Assembly: GCA_051003195.1 (NCBI GenBank)
Contig: JBPCLP010000021.1
Location: 128,001-192,000, forward strand
Direction of reading: 5' to 3'
From: Candidatus Sumerlaeaceae bacterium
Lineage (GTDB): Bacteria; Sumerlaeota; Sumerlaeia; Sumerlaeales; Sumerlaeaceae
Length of the DNA stretch: 64,000 bases
In this document: one piece after another, positions 1-10,103 of the stretch
Layout: each line of letters starts with the position of its first letter
Position numbering within the stretch: the first letter of the stretch is position 1
Made by a program: the position numbers and the translations under genes
Notes under the pieces: model-generated
Told to the model about the DNA's origin: nothing
The model's database searches: none
What the model saw: the letters and a program-made list of their open reading frames with translations, nothing else

Positions 1-522
1 GCCGGTCTTCAAAGCATCCGGAGGGAACCCCAGCTTTGTTGCGGTAAGCTTACCCGCGAGGACTTCGCCCATCCCCGGTGCGTGGCCGTCTGTGATGAAC
101 ACCTGCCGGTGCAGGAGAAAGGCCATCGGGGTGATGCCGCGTACCATTACATTCCTGGAGCTTCGCGCGTCCACTACTTCATTTTCGGTTCGACGGACCA
201 CAGCCGCATGATGAATCTCCGGAGAGATCAGCGGTGTCTCAGTGGTGGTCTGTTTTGCGATCTCTTCCACCGACGCGGCCAGTTCCAGCGGCACGCCGAA
301 TCCGATTTCCGACTGCTCGAGGAAATCCTCTGAACCCAGGCCAAGCACGATCGCGTTGTCTGCTTCGCCGGTGCCGCGCAACGTAGACCCAAGCGTCTGG
401 ACAAAAGCGCCCATCAGGATGACGAGGAACACAACGGCCGCTGCACCTACAGTCGTCAGGATCGTTCGAAGAGGGCTGCGCCCGGCATTTCGCGCAGCGT
501 AGTCGAATGGCAACAGCTTCAT
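1..522 (-). CDS. ABC transporter permease (MacB/FtsX-like), N-terminal part; runs off the window edge
   Basis: Not in the ORF track. ATG at 522 gives MKLLPFDYAARNAGRSPLRTILTTVGAAAVVFLVILMGAF..., a typical MacB-type permease N-terminus, directly after the paralogous permease. Confidence 0.8.
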   Translation of the reverse strand, partial: MKLLPFDYAARNAGRSPLRTILTTVGAAAVVFLVILMGAFVQTLGSTLRGTGEADNAIVLGLGSEDFLEQSEIGFGVPLELAASVEEIAKQTTTETPLISPEIHHAAVVRRTENEVVDARSSRNVMVRGITPMAFLLHRQVFITDGHAPGMGEVLAGKLTATKLGFPPDALKTG

Positions 523-523
523 A

Positions 524-1672
524 TTATACCCTGCGCAACGAATCGACGATGGGCGCCACTGCAGCCTGGATGGCTGGCACTACTCCTGCCAGAACTCCAG
601 TCACTACGGAAGCCGCCATTCCCCAAAAGACTACTGCGGGAGTGAGCATGAAAGCAATCTGCACTCCCTCTGCACCGATCCCCAGATGCCCGAACCGAAG
701 TGCGACAGCGGCCAGCACGGTACCAAGAACGCCGCCACCGATGGCAAGAACGAGGCTCTCGCCGATGACCATTCCAAATAAGTAATGCCCCGGAAAGCCA
801 AGCGTCTGGAGTACGGCGTGCTCTTTCACGCGATCCTGCACCATTACATACACGGTATTAGCCGTAAGCGCGAGCACGACCAATACACAGAGCAGCCCAA
901 GCCAGCGAGTAAAACGCACGAGGCCGAGCAGATCACCGGTAGCAGAGCTGATAAACGCTTTGTGGCTTTTCGTCATCGTCTGCACTTCGTCAGACCGAAA
1001 CAGGTCGTCTATTTTAGCGGAAATCTCCTCTGCTTTAGATGCATTATCTATCGTCACTTCAAACTGCGTGACCCGCCCGAGCGCATTCACACCGCGTGCG
1101 CGTTGAAGAAATTCCAGGTGCGAATACGCAACGTTGTCTTCACCGGGAGCGTCGGAAGAATACACCCCGGAAATACCTACCGCAACATTGCCAATCTGGA
1201 ACCTGTCTCCCGGTTTCAGGTTTCTTCGTTGCGCAAGGCCCTTGCCAATAATTGCACCGTCCGCCTTCTTCACGAAGTCGTCCATGCTGCCGGAGATCAA
1301 GGACAGGTTCTTTTCGCCGGATGAAAGCTTGAGCGGAGGCACGCCGCGAAAGGTGACGGAATCCAGGCTTGCCCTGCAGTTGTTCACAAATATCTTCACC
1401 GGCAGAACGGACTTTACCCCGGGGATCTTGAGAATCTGGTCCGCATAACGCTCAGGTATGTTACTGGTCGCCGGACAAAAGCGGCTCTTCTGATATACGA
1501 CCAGTGCGTTCTTTGTGGCTTCGCCCTCCGTGGCTTCGCGCACGCCACTCTGTAATCCCTCGATAAAGCAGAACAGAAACATCGCTGTAGCGATTCCGAC
1601 AACGGTAAGCAGGCTGCGCGATTTCTGGCGGGTGACGCTTCGCCACACGTAATTGAAGAGCTTCGCGATCAT
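524..1672 (-). CDS. ABC transporter permease, MacB/FtsX family
   Basis: N-terminal TM, periplasmic domain, then 'QDRVKEHAVLQTLGF' and three C-terminal TMs. Confidence 0.9.
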   Translation of the reverse strand: MIAKLFNYVWRSVTRQKSRSLLTVVGIATAMFLFCFIEGLQSGVREATEGEATKNALVVYQKSRFCPATSNIPERYADQILKIPGVKSVLPVKIFVNNCRASLDSVTFRGVPPLKLSSGEKNLSLISGSMDDFVKKADGAIIGKGLAQRRNLKPGDRFQIGNVAVGISGVYSSDAPGEDNVAYSHLEFLQRARGVNALGRVTQFEVTIDNASKAEEISAKIDDLFRSDEVQTMTKSHKAFISSATGDLLGLVRFTRWLGLLCVLVVLALTANTVYVMVQDRVKEHAVLQTLGFPGHYLFGMVIGESLVLAIGGGVLGTVLAAVALRFGHLGIGAEGVQIAFMLTPAVVFWGMAASVVTGVLAGVVPAIQAAVAPIVDSLRRV

Positions 1673-2418
1673 CTTTTTACCGCCACGACTTCTGCCTCGG
1701 GCGTATCCACGATCAGGCCTTTCTCCAGGTGCACAATACGCTGCGCAGCCGCTGCGGCGTGCGGATCGTGGGTTACCATTACGAGAGTTTTCCCAAGTTC
1801 GAGGTTCAGTCGCTGCAAGAGCGTAAGCGTCGAATCCGCTGCCTTGCGGTCGAGATCACCGGTAGGCTCATCACCGACCAAGATGGCCGGATCTGCTACG
1901 AGTGCACGTGCGATGGCGACGCGCTGTTCTTCACCGCCGGAAAGCTGGCGTGGATAGTGGTCATGCCGGTGCAGCAGACCAACCGCTTCCAGCGCGGTGT
2001 TCACTCGCTGCTGCCGCTCCTTGCGCGAGAGGTGATGCAGAAGCAGTGGCAGCTCGACGTTTTCGTAAGCGGTGAGTACAGGCACCAGATGGTAGAGCTG
2101 AAATACGTAACCGATATTTTGTGAGCGCCAGCGGGATAGTTTTGTTCGCGAGAGTTTTGCTATATCCGTGCCGTTCACAAGTACCTGACCTTCGGTAGGC
2201 TGATCGATCCCTGCGATCAGGTTGAGCAAAGTCGTTTTCCCTGAACCAGAGGGCCCCATTAAGGCTACAAATTCGCCTTCATCGACTCGCAGCGACAGCT
2301 CGGCTAACGGAGTGACGGTGGAGTCGCCCTTCCGATAAGACTTCGTCACATTCACAAGCTCGATTAACGCACGACTTCTCTGACCGGCGGCCGGCTTTTC
2401 CGTACCTGACATGATCAA
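1669..2418 (-). CDS. ABC transporter ATP-binding protein (LolD/MacB-like)
   Basis: Walker A GPSGSGKT, signature LSGGEEQR, Walker B LVGDEPTG, H-loop MVTHD. Confidence 0.95.
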   Translation of the reverse strand: MIMSGTEKPAAGQRSRALIELVNVTKSYRKGDSTVTPLAELSLRVDEGEFVALMGPSGSGKTTLLNLIAGIDQPTEGQVLVNGTDIAKLSRTKLSRWRSQNIGYVFQLYHLVPVLTAYENVELPLLLHHLSRKERQQRVNTALEAVGLLHRHDHYPRQLSGGEEQRVAIARALVADPAILVGDEPTGDLDRKAADSTLTLLQRLNLELGKTLVMVTHDPHAAAAAQRIVHLEKGLIVDTPEAEVVAVKR

Positions 2419-4013
2419 CTTTGCCTCTCAAGTTCTTCAGCCACAATGCGCACACGCGCACCTTCTTTTAATTTCGCAGCCTTTGATGCGACGAGTTTGT
2501 CGGAGAGCTGGATTCCCGATTTTACCTCGCGAAGGTCACCCCTTCGGTTCGGGCCAAGAATAACCAGCTTTCGATGGGCGCGCATGTCTGGTCCGACCAC
2601 CCAAATATTTGTTTCAGCTTTGGCGTCCTGCATAAGCAGCGCTGCTGGAACAAATACGGCGCTCGCGGATGAAGTCGCACTTTTGGGAGCCAGGGGTTCG
2701 TCTGAAGGCTTAACTCCTCCGGTCGCGCGATGGGAAGCAGCTTTGAACTGCAGGCGGACGACCATCTCAGGCTTCATCGCAGGGTCCGGGTCCAAAATGC
2801 GGACTTTCACCGGCAGGGAGTTTCGTTGAACATCCGCTTCGTGGACAATCCGCGACAGCTCGCCACGAAACACCTTGTCCGGCATGGCTTCGAGGCGAAT
2901 CTCGGCCGGCAGGCCAACCTGGATTTTTCCAGCTTCACCCTGTGGAACTTCGGCTCGCGCCTGCAGATGTGCTGGATCATACATCGACACTATGTGCGTT
3001 CCATTTTGAACATCCATCGATACCATGGAACCCGGGAACGCATAAAGCCGCATGATCGTACCGCTGGTAGGGGCTACAACACTGCAACGTGACAAACGCA
3101 GCTTTGCCTCGTCCAGAGCGGCAGCGGCCTCCTCGATTTGCGCCTTCGCAAGGTTTAGCCGGGACTTGTCTTCAATCCGAAGCTTCGATCTTCGCGTCGC
3201 TGCTTCCAGCGTAGCGACCTGGCTGACGATCTTCGCATCAATCTCTTTTAGCTCAGCCTCAGCAACACCGGCCTCCAACGCAGCCTTGTCAGAAGCCAGC
3301 GCGCTGTCGGCGCCGCGAAGACCCAGCGTGCGGCTGATATCTGCCTGTTTTTTCGAGAACTCCAGCTGGCGCTGAACTTTAAGTTTCTCGGCTTCCAATC
3401 GGCTTGTTTCTGCCTGCGCCGTTTTAATCGTTTCATCCAGGGAGATTGGATTCTCCCAGTTTGATTGCGCAGCATCCAGCTCCGCCTGTTTCGTCAACAG
3501 GTTTGCTTCGGCGATTCGCACCGCTACTTTGGCGTCGCCATCATCCAATTCAGCCACGACTTGCCCCGAGGTGACTCGTTCGCCTTCGCGAACATTCACT
3601 TTCGCAACAGTGCCTGGTATTAGCGAGGAAACGAGAGTCGTGAATGGATCGGGCTCGATCCAGCCGGGTGCCTGGAATAGCGGTTCACCGTCCTCAGACT
3701 GCGTAGCAGCTATCGGCTGGTGCACAGATGTTTCCATGGAAGAGGTAGACGTATCTGTAGCCGTTTGAAGCCCGGATCCGTCACTCATACCACCCAAAAG
3801 CACCGGCTGCACCACACTCACCGGGATGGCTGGGATAAGCGCATTCCTTGCTGAATATGCGCATACTCCCGCGAACGCGGCGAAGAGTGTAAGCGGCAGC
3901 ACAAATCGGGTGAGTATTCGCTTTGGTGGGGAGACGAGCTCGTTCGCTAACGGCATGAGCGCGTTCGGCTGGGAGCCTCTACGGAAAGATGTAATGTCGA
4001 TTTCGGAATTCAA
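2415..4013 (-). CDS. Periplasmic adaptor (membrane fusion protein, HlyD/MacA family)
   Basis: TM anchor, lipoyl halves (VREGERVTSGQVVAELD; VVAPTSGTI), long coiled coil; in the ABC operon. Confidence 0.9.
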   Translation of the reverse strand: MNSEIDITSFRRGSQPNALMPLANELVSPPKRILTRFVLPLTLFAAFAGVCAYSARNALIPAIPVSVVQPVLLGGMSDGSGLQTATDTSTSSMETSVHQPIAATQSEDGEPLFQAPGWIEPDPFTTLVSSLIPGTVAKVNVREGERVTSGQVVAELDDGDAKVAVRIAEANLLTKQAELDAAQSNWENPISLDETIKTAQAETSRLEAEKLKVQRQLEFSKKQADISRTLGLRGADSALASDKAALEAGVAEAELKEIDAKIVSQVATLEAATRRSKLRIEDKSRLNLAKAQIEEAAAALDEAKLRLSRCSVVAPTSGTIMRLYAFPGSMVSMDVQNGTHIVSMYDPAHLQARAEVPQGEAGKIQVGLPAEIRLEAMPDKVFRGELSRIVHEADVQRNSLPVKVRILDPDPAMKPEMVVRLQFKAASHRATGGVKPSDEPLAPKSATSSASAVFVPAALLMQDAKAETNIWVVGPDMRAHRKLVILGPNRRGDLREVKSGIQLSDKLVASKAAKLKEGARVRIVAEELERQS

Positions 4014-4162
4014 GCTGCTGCTCCTGCAAATGCACCTTGGTTGCTCGCGGATTTCCGGCTTCTAAGTAGACGACCCGGGTTTAAGTCAAACGGAGGCACA
4101 TGTGCCTGCCGTGAAGGAATTGCCGCGCTGGAAATGCTGCGGCGAAATGCAGTAACGCTAAA

Positions 4163-4600
4163 TCAGATACGAAGAATCGAGCTTCCCCGGTTCAGCGCGG
4201 GGGAATGAATATCATAGTGAAGCTCGTACCATCCGATTCGATGACTGCTGATCGGAGACGCCAGCTGAATCGGAAGTGACTCGAGCGGCAGCACGTCGAC
4301 GGTGACCAGCCTGCTGTACTCCACGCTAAGGTTCCCAGTCGGAGAGACGAACAGGGTCGCTGGTGAAACAAAGCACGTACCTGAAGGTTGACCGTGATCG
4401 GGGGAACCAAACGGCCGTGGCGAGTCCTGCTTCTGCGAAACTTGCGCGCATGAGTCGCAACACGGTTTGCTTCGCGCCAGCGAACATAGACTTGTCACCG
4501 CAGCCATGCAGCAGCGCGAATGGGTCAGCATTTCCCGCAGGCAAACACCTTTTGGAGGAACTGCCACCAGCAACAGCGCCAGGAAAGAAATGTAAGTCAT
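4163..4600 (-). CDS. Small Cys-rich hypothetical protein, possibly metal-binding
   Basis: Hydrophobic N-terminus then C..CC..C..CC..C clusters; sits upstream of the efflux operon; start uncertain. Confidence 0.5.
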   Translation of the reverse strand: MTYISFLALLLVAVPPKGVCLREMLTHSRCCMAAVTSLCSLARSKPCCDSCAQVSQKQDSPRPFGSPDHGQPSGTCFVSPATLFVSPTGNLSVEYSRLVTVDVLPLESLPIQLASPISSHRIGWYELHYDIHSPALNRGSSILRI

Positions 4601-4758
4601 GGGCCTACGGATCCATTGGCTTCTCCATGCTGACATGGTAGAAAACTACACATGCACAGCCTGGTTAATCAATGGTAAAGGGCGGTGCAAGCGCAGCGTG
4701 GGGCGTTTTGATTTAGGGAAATACCGGTGCCAAGACCCGGGAACACTCGCTAAAGCGC

Positions 4759-5634
4759 TCAAAACGTCAGCTTCAGCCGATCCAATACGTCGCCTGGACT
4801 GAGCCCCTGTTCCCGAAGTTTCGATAGCCCCAGCGAACCGTCCCGCTTGCTCATCCGTTGACCCGATCCGTCCAACATAAGCGGGAGGTGTCGATATTCG
4901 GGTACCGGCAGGTTCAGCGCACGGAGGAGCGCAATCTGGCGTGGGGTGCTGCCGATCAGATCGGCGCCTCGAACGACACGGGTAATACCCATGAGGCCGT
5001 CGTCGACTGCGCAGGCCAGCTGGTAGGCCCACAAGCCGTCGCGACGCAGAACGACAAAATCACCCATTTCGGTCTCGGGCCTCGTACGCTGGCTTCCAGG
5101 TTCAACATCAGCGAACTCGAGCAGGGGGTCAGGACGGACGCGAAAGCGCCATGCGACCTCATCCCCGGCGGCTGGAGGATTCCCGTTTTCGGGCCGGCAG
5201 GTGCCCGGGTAAATCGCTCCTTCGCTTTCGTGGGGTGCGCTCGGTGCACTTCGAAGGTCCTTTCGCGAGCAGCGGCAGGGATATATGAGTTCATGCTCGC
5301 GCAAGTAATCAAAGGCCGCACTATAGAGGTGGCTGCGTTCGGATTGGCGGTAAGGTGCTGCCGGGCCGCCGACGTCTGGCCCTTCATCCCAATCGATGCC
5401 AAGCCAGCGCAAATCTTCGAGGATGCGCAGTTCGCTTCCGGCCACTTTCCGCGGCGTATCGATGTCTTCGATCCGCAAGATAAAGAGACTGCCCGAAGCA
5501 CGACAGTCCCGCCAGGCCGCCAATGCAGTGCGAAGATTGCCCAGATGCAGCTCGCCCGTTGGGCTCGGTGCATAGCGACCGACAGGCTGAGTGCGAGCCG
5601 GACGGAAGCGAAGCATTTGTTGCCATTCAAACAT
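4759..5634 (-). CDS. gluQ: Glutamyl-Q tRNA(Asp) synthetase
   Basis: RYAPSPTGELHLGN, LRIEDID, CxC...YPGTC zinc site, RGADL, RMSKR; ~290 aa with no anticodon-binding domain. Confidence 0.92.
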   Translation of the reverse strand: MFEWQQMLRFRPARTQPVGRYAPSPTGELHLGNLRTALAAWRDCRASGSLFILRIEDIDTPRKVAGSELRILEDLRWLGIDWDEGPDVGGPAAPYRQSERSHLYSAAFDYLREHELIYPCRCSRKDLRSAPSAPHESEGAIYPGTCRPENGNPPAAGDEVAWRFRVRPDPLLEFADVEPGSQRTRPETEMGDFVVLRRDGLWAYQLACAVDDGLMGITRVVRGADLIGSTPRQIALLRALNLPVPEYRHLPLMLDGSGQRMSKRDGSLGLSKLREQGLSPGDVLDRLKLTF

Positions 5635-5726
5635 GAGAAATTAATCCAGAGGAAGCGGGTGGCTGCAAGGCGAGCGCTGGACGGAGTTGGCCATTGTTCG
5701 AAGGCGCGCCAGGCGTAGATGCGGAA

Positions 5727-6761
5727 TCATGGAATGAGCACGAACTTGCCAATGTGTGCACCGCGTTCCATCTCTTCGTGGGCGTGACGGACGTCTCCGA
5801 GCGAAAAGGTGCGCGCAAGATGTTGCTGATAAATCCCCTCGCTAAAGCCGTCCAGTATATGGCTGCAACCCTCTCCCGCAGCGGCTCCACCATCCGCGCT
5901 CAATTCGTTTAACAGCCAGCCTCGAATCGCGGCGTGCTTACGTATCAGCGGCGATACGTCGACTGTACCTGGTCTACCCAGCAGGCCATAAACCCAGATG
6001 GTGGCATGAGCCGCCAGGCAGCGGATCTCGGCATTCAGGTATTCGCCGGCCGCAACGGGATCAAAGAAAACGTCAATGCCGTGATCAGCCGTCAGCGACA
6101 TGATTTCCCTGTGCCACCTGGTAGATCCACCCTCCGCAGTGTGGGTTGTTATGATGTGTTCATAAGCATTTCCGTGAAGGGATCGAAGGTTCTCAACTTT
6201 CTCGGTGCTGGTGGTGAGCCCGATCGGGATGGCACCCACGGCGCGGGCAACCTGTGCGGCTGCCATCGCTACGCTGCTGGATGCAGCCGGCAAACCGACG
6301 AACTGCCCCGCGTGCAGGCGTTGCTTCCATATCAGGCAACCCCACGCCGTTAGGTAGGAAAGCCACAGCGCGCCAAGCTGGTTGTCAGGTATTGAATCCG
6401 GTGCCGCGAATGCCTGCTGCGACGGCACGATGGTATGCGTAGCATAGGTGCCTGCCATGCCACCGGTTGTATTGAACCGGCGCGGAGCCTCGGGCGAAAG
6501 AATAACGCGCTGGCCGATCTGGTGCGTTGTCACGCCGGCACCCAATGCATCGATCATGCCGCCGCCTTCAATACCCGGCGTAAACGGCGGCTCGCCGGAG
6601 GAGAGTTTATATTCGCCGCGGCGCGCCATCAGGTCGGCATGGTTCATTCCGATGCTCGTCAGTGCGATACGGACCTCGCCGTTGCCGGGCTGGGGTGTTG
6701 GAAGCTCGATAAGATCCAGTACTTCAGGTCCCCCGAACTGGCGGACCACGACCTGTTTCAT
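5727..6761 (-). CDS. NADPH:quinone oxidoreductase-like protein (MDR superfamily)
   Basis: FGGPEVL, GMNHAD, PFTPGIEGGG, AASSSV nucleotide-binding loop, C-terminal GKFVL. Confidence 0.88.
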   Translation of the reverse strand: MKQVVVRQFGGPEVLDLIELPTPQPGNGEVRIALTSIGMNHADLMARRGEYKLSSGEPPFTPGIEGGGMIDALGAGVTTHQIGQRVILSPEAPRRFNTTGGMAGTYATHTIVPSQQAFAAPDSIPDNQLGALWLSYLTAWGCLIWKQRLHAGQFVGLPAASSSVAMAAAQVARAVGAIPIGLTTSTEKVENLRSLHGNAYEHIITTHTAEGGSTRWHREIMSLTADHGIDVFFDPVAAGEYLNAEIRCLAAHATIWVYGLLGRPGTVDVSPLIRKHAAIRGWLLNELSADGGAAAGEGCSHILDGFSEGIYQQHLARTFSLGDVRHAHEEMERGAHIGKFVLIP

Positions 6762-7912
6762 TGCACTGTTGGCTCGAAAGGCGTGTCGTTGGCTTCAAGC
6801 ACCCGCAGAAAGTTTTCGCCCGCAAATTTCCGCACGTCAGCGTCGCTGTAGCCGCGCCGCCGCATGCCCTCAAAAAGCCTGGGCATTTCTGCGGCGGTCT
6901 CCAGGCCGATGGGCAGATCGCTCATACCTTCGAAGTCCGTTCCCAGCCCGACATGGTCGATTCCGCCGACCTGCACCATGTGATCAATCATATCGAGAAC
7001 CGTATCCAGGGTCACAGAAGTGGCGCCGTCATCGTCCGAGCCCCGACCCTTTGGTTCCAGTAAGTCAGCCCACAAATTCAGTCCGATGACTCCGCCGTTC
7101 ATTGCGAGCGCCCGCAGCATGTCATCGGTGATGTTGCGCGGATGGTTCGACACAGCGCGGCAGTTTGAATGCGAGACGATCGCGGGCCGCTGAGTAACAA
7201 CGAGCGCCTCATAGAACGTCTGATCGGAGACGTGTGAGAGATCGACCATCATTCCAACGCGATTCATCTCTCTAACTATTTCCCGGCCGAACTCCGTGAG
7301 TCCACCGGTAGAAAACTCGTCCTGCACCACACCTTGTGATCGCGCCAGGCGGTCCAGCTGACGCGCGCCATTGTCTTGCGAGCTGCCGGCCCATTTGAGG
7401 TTCCCGCGCCACGTGAGGGTCATATAACGACAGCCACGGCGGCGGAACGCCTCAATGTTGGCGACGTCATTGTTTATAGCTACGCCCCCCTCGACACCGA
7501 GCAAAGAGGCGATTCGGTGTTGTGCAATTGCGCGCCGTACGTCCGCTGCCGTGTCGCACAACATCAGCTCATTCGGAAACCGCGCGGCTTGCGTAGTGAG
7601 GCAGTCGATCATTTGGTGGGCTCGTGCCACCGCGCGGCTCTTGGGATAGCGCCGTGGGTCGACCCACACAGCAAAAAATACCGTATTAATGCCTCCCTTG
7701 TGCCAGTTCTCGAAATTACACTGGCCTGTCCAGCCGGGCTCGTCCAGCGTTCGGGCACGGTCGGTGTCGAGAAGGCGCAGGAGAACATCCTCGTGAGCGT
7801 CTACGACAATCATGGGCGACGCGCTCTGCGAACCGCCAGCAGTGCTCATGATAGCCAGTGCGGCAAACGAGTTAACAGCGTAGCGCAAGAAGATTGGAAA
7901 GGGCGCATGCAC
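6758..7912 (-). CDS. Membrane dipeptidase (peptidase M19 family)
   Basis: DAHED, LGVEGG, YMTLTW, VDLSH, VSHSN, HPRNITD, HVGLGTDFEG, GENFLRV; start approximate. Confidence 0.92.
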   Translation of the reverse strand: MHAPFPIFLRYAVNSFAALAIMSTAGGSQSASPMIVVDAHEDVLLRLLDTDRARTLDEPGWTGQCNFENWHKGGINTVFFAVWVDPRRYPKSRAVARAHQMIDCLTTQAARFPNELMLCDTAADVRRAIAQHRIASLLGVEGGVAINNDVANIEAFRRRGCRYMTLTWRGNLKWAGSSQDNGARQLDRLARSQGVVQDEFSTGGLTEFGREIVREMNRVGMMVDLSHVSDQTFYEALVVTQRPAIVSHSNCRAVSNHPRNITDDMLRALAMNGGVIGLNLWADLLEPKGRGSDDDGATSVTLDTVLDMIDHMVQVGGIDHVGLGTDFEGMSDLPIGLETAAEMPRLFEGMRRRGYSDADVRKFAGENFLRVLEANDTPFEPTVQ

Positions 7913-8048
7913 CGCGTGGTTATCGAATGGTACGGAGGTGAGGTCAATGTAAACGAGTAGCTGTGGTTTCCGGGACCTTTCACCGTGCAGATTCAGGATC
8001 GTCAAATTACTTGCGCGTGGGGTATGCCATCGGGTGAAAGCTCGGCTA

Positions 8049-10073
8049 ATGAGTCCGCCTGCCAAAGCAAAAGCAATTCGAAGTTCCCAGTCCTTTAGTC
8101 CTACACAACGTGCGGCTGCAGCCGCCTCGTCCCTGGCGTTGTTTTACCGTCACATTCTTCCGCTTGGGATCGTGGTAATTTTCTTTGTGTCCCTGCGATT
8201 GACGGGCGCGCCCATCGCCGACATCGATGCGTATTACCACATTAAGATGAGCGAGATGATCCGGCTGCATGGCGTCATGCATACGTTCCCGTGGCTGGAG
8301 TTCACGATTCTCAACAAACCGTACGTGGACATGCACTTCCTCTATCACGTGATCAACGTGCCTTTGACGTTTTTCGAATTGGAAACGGCGTCAAAGATTG
8401 CAGGTGCCGCATGGGGTATTCTTTCAATGGTTGCCCTGCATGTGCTGCTGGCGCGTTTGCGGGTTCCCTATGTCGGCTTCTGGACACTCGGGATCCTGGG
8501 CGCGAGTTACCTGTTTCTCTATCGGATGAACATCTCACGCGCGCCTTCAGCTTCGGTGGCTATCCAAATGTGGGCGCTTGTCGCCTTCTATGAGCAACGC
8601 TATAGGCTTCTCGCGGTCATCGGGTTTATCTTCGTGTGGCTGTATCAGCTTTTCATACTGATGCTGCCCATTGCAGTGATCTTCACGGTCGTGGAGTATT
8701 TCAGCACCGGGAAAGTGAACAAGAAATACTTCGGCTGGTCGCTGCTGGGCATTGTGCTGGGGCTCGTCTTCAACCCGTACTTTCCGCACGATTTCACGTT
8801 CTTTTACCAGCACGTGTTTCTTGCAGCGCTGAATCCTGCGAAGCTTGAGCAGGGTCAGGAGTGGCTTCCTTTTGCTTCCACAGTGTTTGTAAGGACGTGC
8901 TGGGGAGCCTTTGTCACTCTGCTGGTTGCGGTGTTCTTTGCGATGGCGTCCGGCACACGCATTACTGCGCAAAGCCAGGCGGCGCTGCTGATGTCCGGAA
9001 TGTTCCTCTTCGCCTATGTGCGCTCGCGTCGCTTCTCAGAATATTTCGTGCCTTATACGATGGTGGCTTCGGCGCTTGTGTGGCGCGACTCCGTTGCGGC
9101 CGGCGCTTTCCGCACGTGGCGGCCCCGGCTCCGAACTGCAGCTGTTGCACTGATTACATTGTGCGTGATCGGCGGCATCGGGTATAACTGGAACAGGGTG
9201 CTGAGGGAGTTGCGCCGGCACATCACTCCTGCCCGTTATCGCGGCGCCACCACCTACATTGCACAGCACTCCAATCCAGGTGATGTGATCTGCCATTCCG
9301 ATTGGGACGACTTCCCGGAGTTGTTCTTCCACAACACGAAGAACCATTACATTGTTGGTTTAGACCCAAACCTGCTGTACCTTGCGGACAAGACCAAATA
9401 TAACGTATGGAAGAACATCTCAGAGGGAAAGATACCGCGTCCGGCCAAGGCAATGGTGCAGCATTTCCGGGCGAAGTATGCCCTGTGCGACTATATGCAG
9501 AAAGGCTTTATTGCCGCGGCCGCTCGTGACCCGGGGCTGTCGCTGTGCTATCAGGACAGCGGCTCGCTTGTATGGAAAATCGATCCCGAGGCAAACGTTG
9601 CGGATCGTTTCGAGGCGGAACAGCTGACTCCGCTTGCGGCAGCGCAGCCGGCAACCATTCAGTGGAGCATCCAGAATTTCACGCAGATGTTCGGCGTTCC
9701 CGCAAGCAAAGACCGAACCGTTTTTATCCAGACTAAAACTGTCGGCGATTATGTGGAGTTTGCTGTTCCGGCGCTGCGTGCAGGGGTGTACGACGTGAAA
9801 GTCGGGTACGTAACCGCGGCCGATATGGGAATCGTACAATGGAGCTGTAACGGTGTTGCCTGCGGTGAACCGATAGACATGTACAGCAGGAACCCGCACG
9901 CAGCCGGTTTAGCCGAGTTTGGACGTCTACACCTGCGCCAGGGCGAGAATCGAATACGCGCGGCAGTCACCGGTGTGAACCCCAAGGCAATCGGGCGACG
10001 CATTGCAGTCGATTATTTCCAGACGCGGCTGGTGAAGGACGACCAACCGACGACCGCAACGGCGCCGGGTTAA
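8049..10073 (+). CDS. Multi-pass GT-C-like membrane protein with C-terminal CBM-like beta-sandwich
   Basis: About 11-13 hydrophobic segments; DAYYH in the first loop; DWDDF after the last TM; tail FEAE...GDYVEF...GVYDV...GENRI...VDYF. Confidence 0.6.
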   Translation: MSPPAKAKAIRSSQSFSPTQRAAAAASSLALFYRHILPLGIVVIFFVSLRLTGAPIADIDAYYHIKMSEMIRLHGVMHTFPWLEFTILNKPYVDMHFLYHVINVPLTFFELETASKIAGAAWGILSMVALHVLLARLRVPYVGFWTLGILGASYLFLYRMNISRAPSASVAIQMWALVAFYEQRYRLLAVIGFIFVWLYQLFILMLPIAVIFTVVEYFSTGKVNKKYFGWSLLGIVLGLVFNPYFPHDFTFFYQHVFLAALNPAKLEQGQEWLPFASTVFVRTCWGAFVTLLVAVFFAMASGTRITAQSQAALLMSGMFLFAYVRSRRFSEYFVPYTMVASALVWRDSVAAGAFRTWRPRLRTAAVALITLCVIGGIGYNWNRVLRELRRHITPARYRGATTYIAQHSNPGDVICHSDWDDFPELFFHNTKNHYIVGLDPNLLYLADKTKYNVWKNISEGKIPRPAKAMVQHFRAKYALCDYMQKGFIAAAARDPGLSLCYQDSGSLVWKIDPEANVADRFEAEQLTPLAAAQPATIQWSIQNFTQMFGVPASKDRTVFIQTKTVGDYVEFAVPALRAGVYDVKVGYVTAADMGIVQWSCNGVACGEPIDMYSRNPHAAGLAEFGRLHLRQGENRIRAAVTGVNPKAIGRRIAVDYFQTRLVKDDQPTTATAPG

Positions 10074-10103
10074 CGAGCAGCCTGCACAGCCTCAACGTCC
10101 AAA

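Noticed and set aside
4858..5718. Long antisense ORFs (this one, 18729-19625, 49498-50595, 52623-53468 and others)
   Set aside because: Shadow frames of well-supported genes in high-GC DNA.
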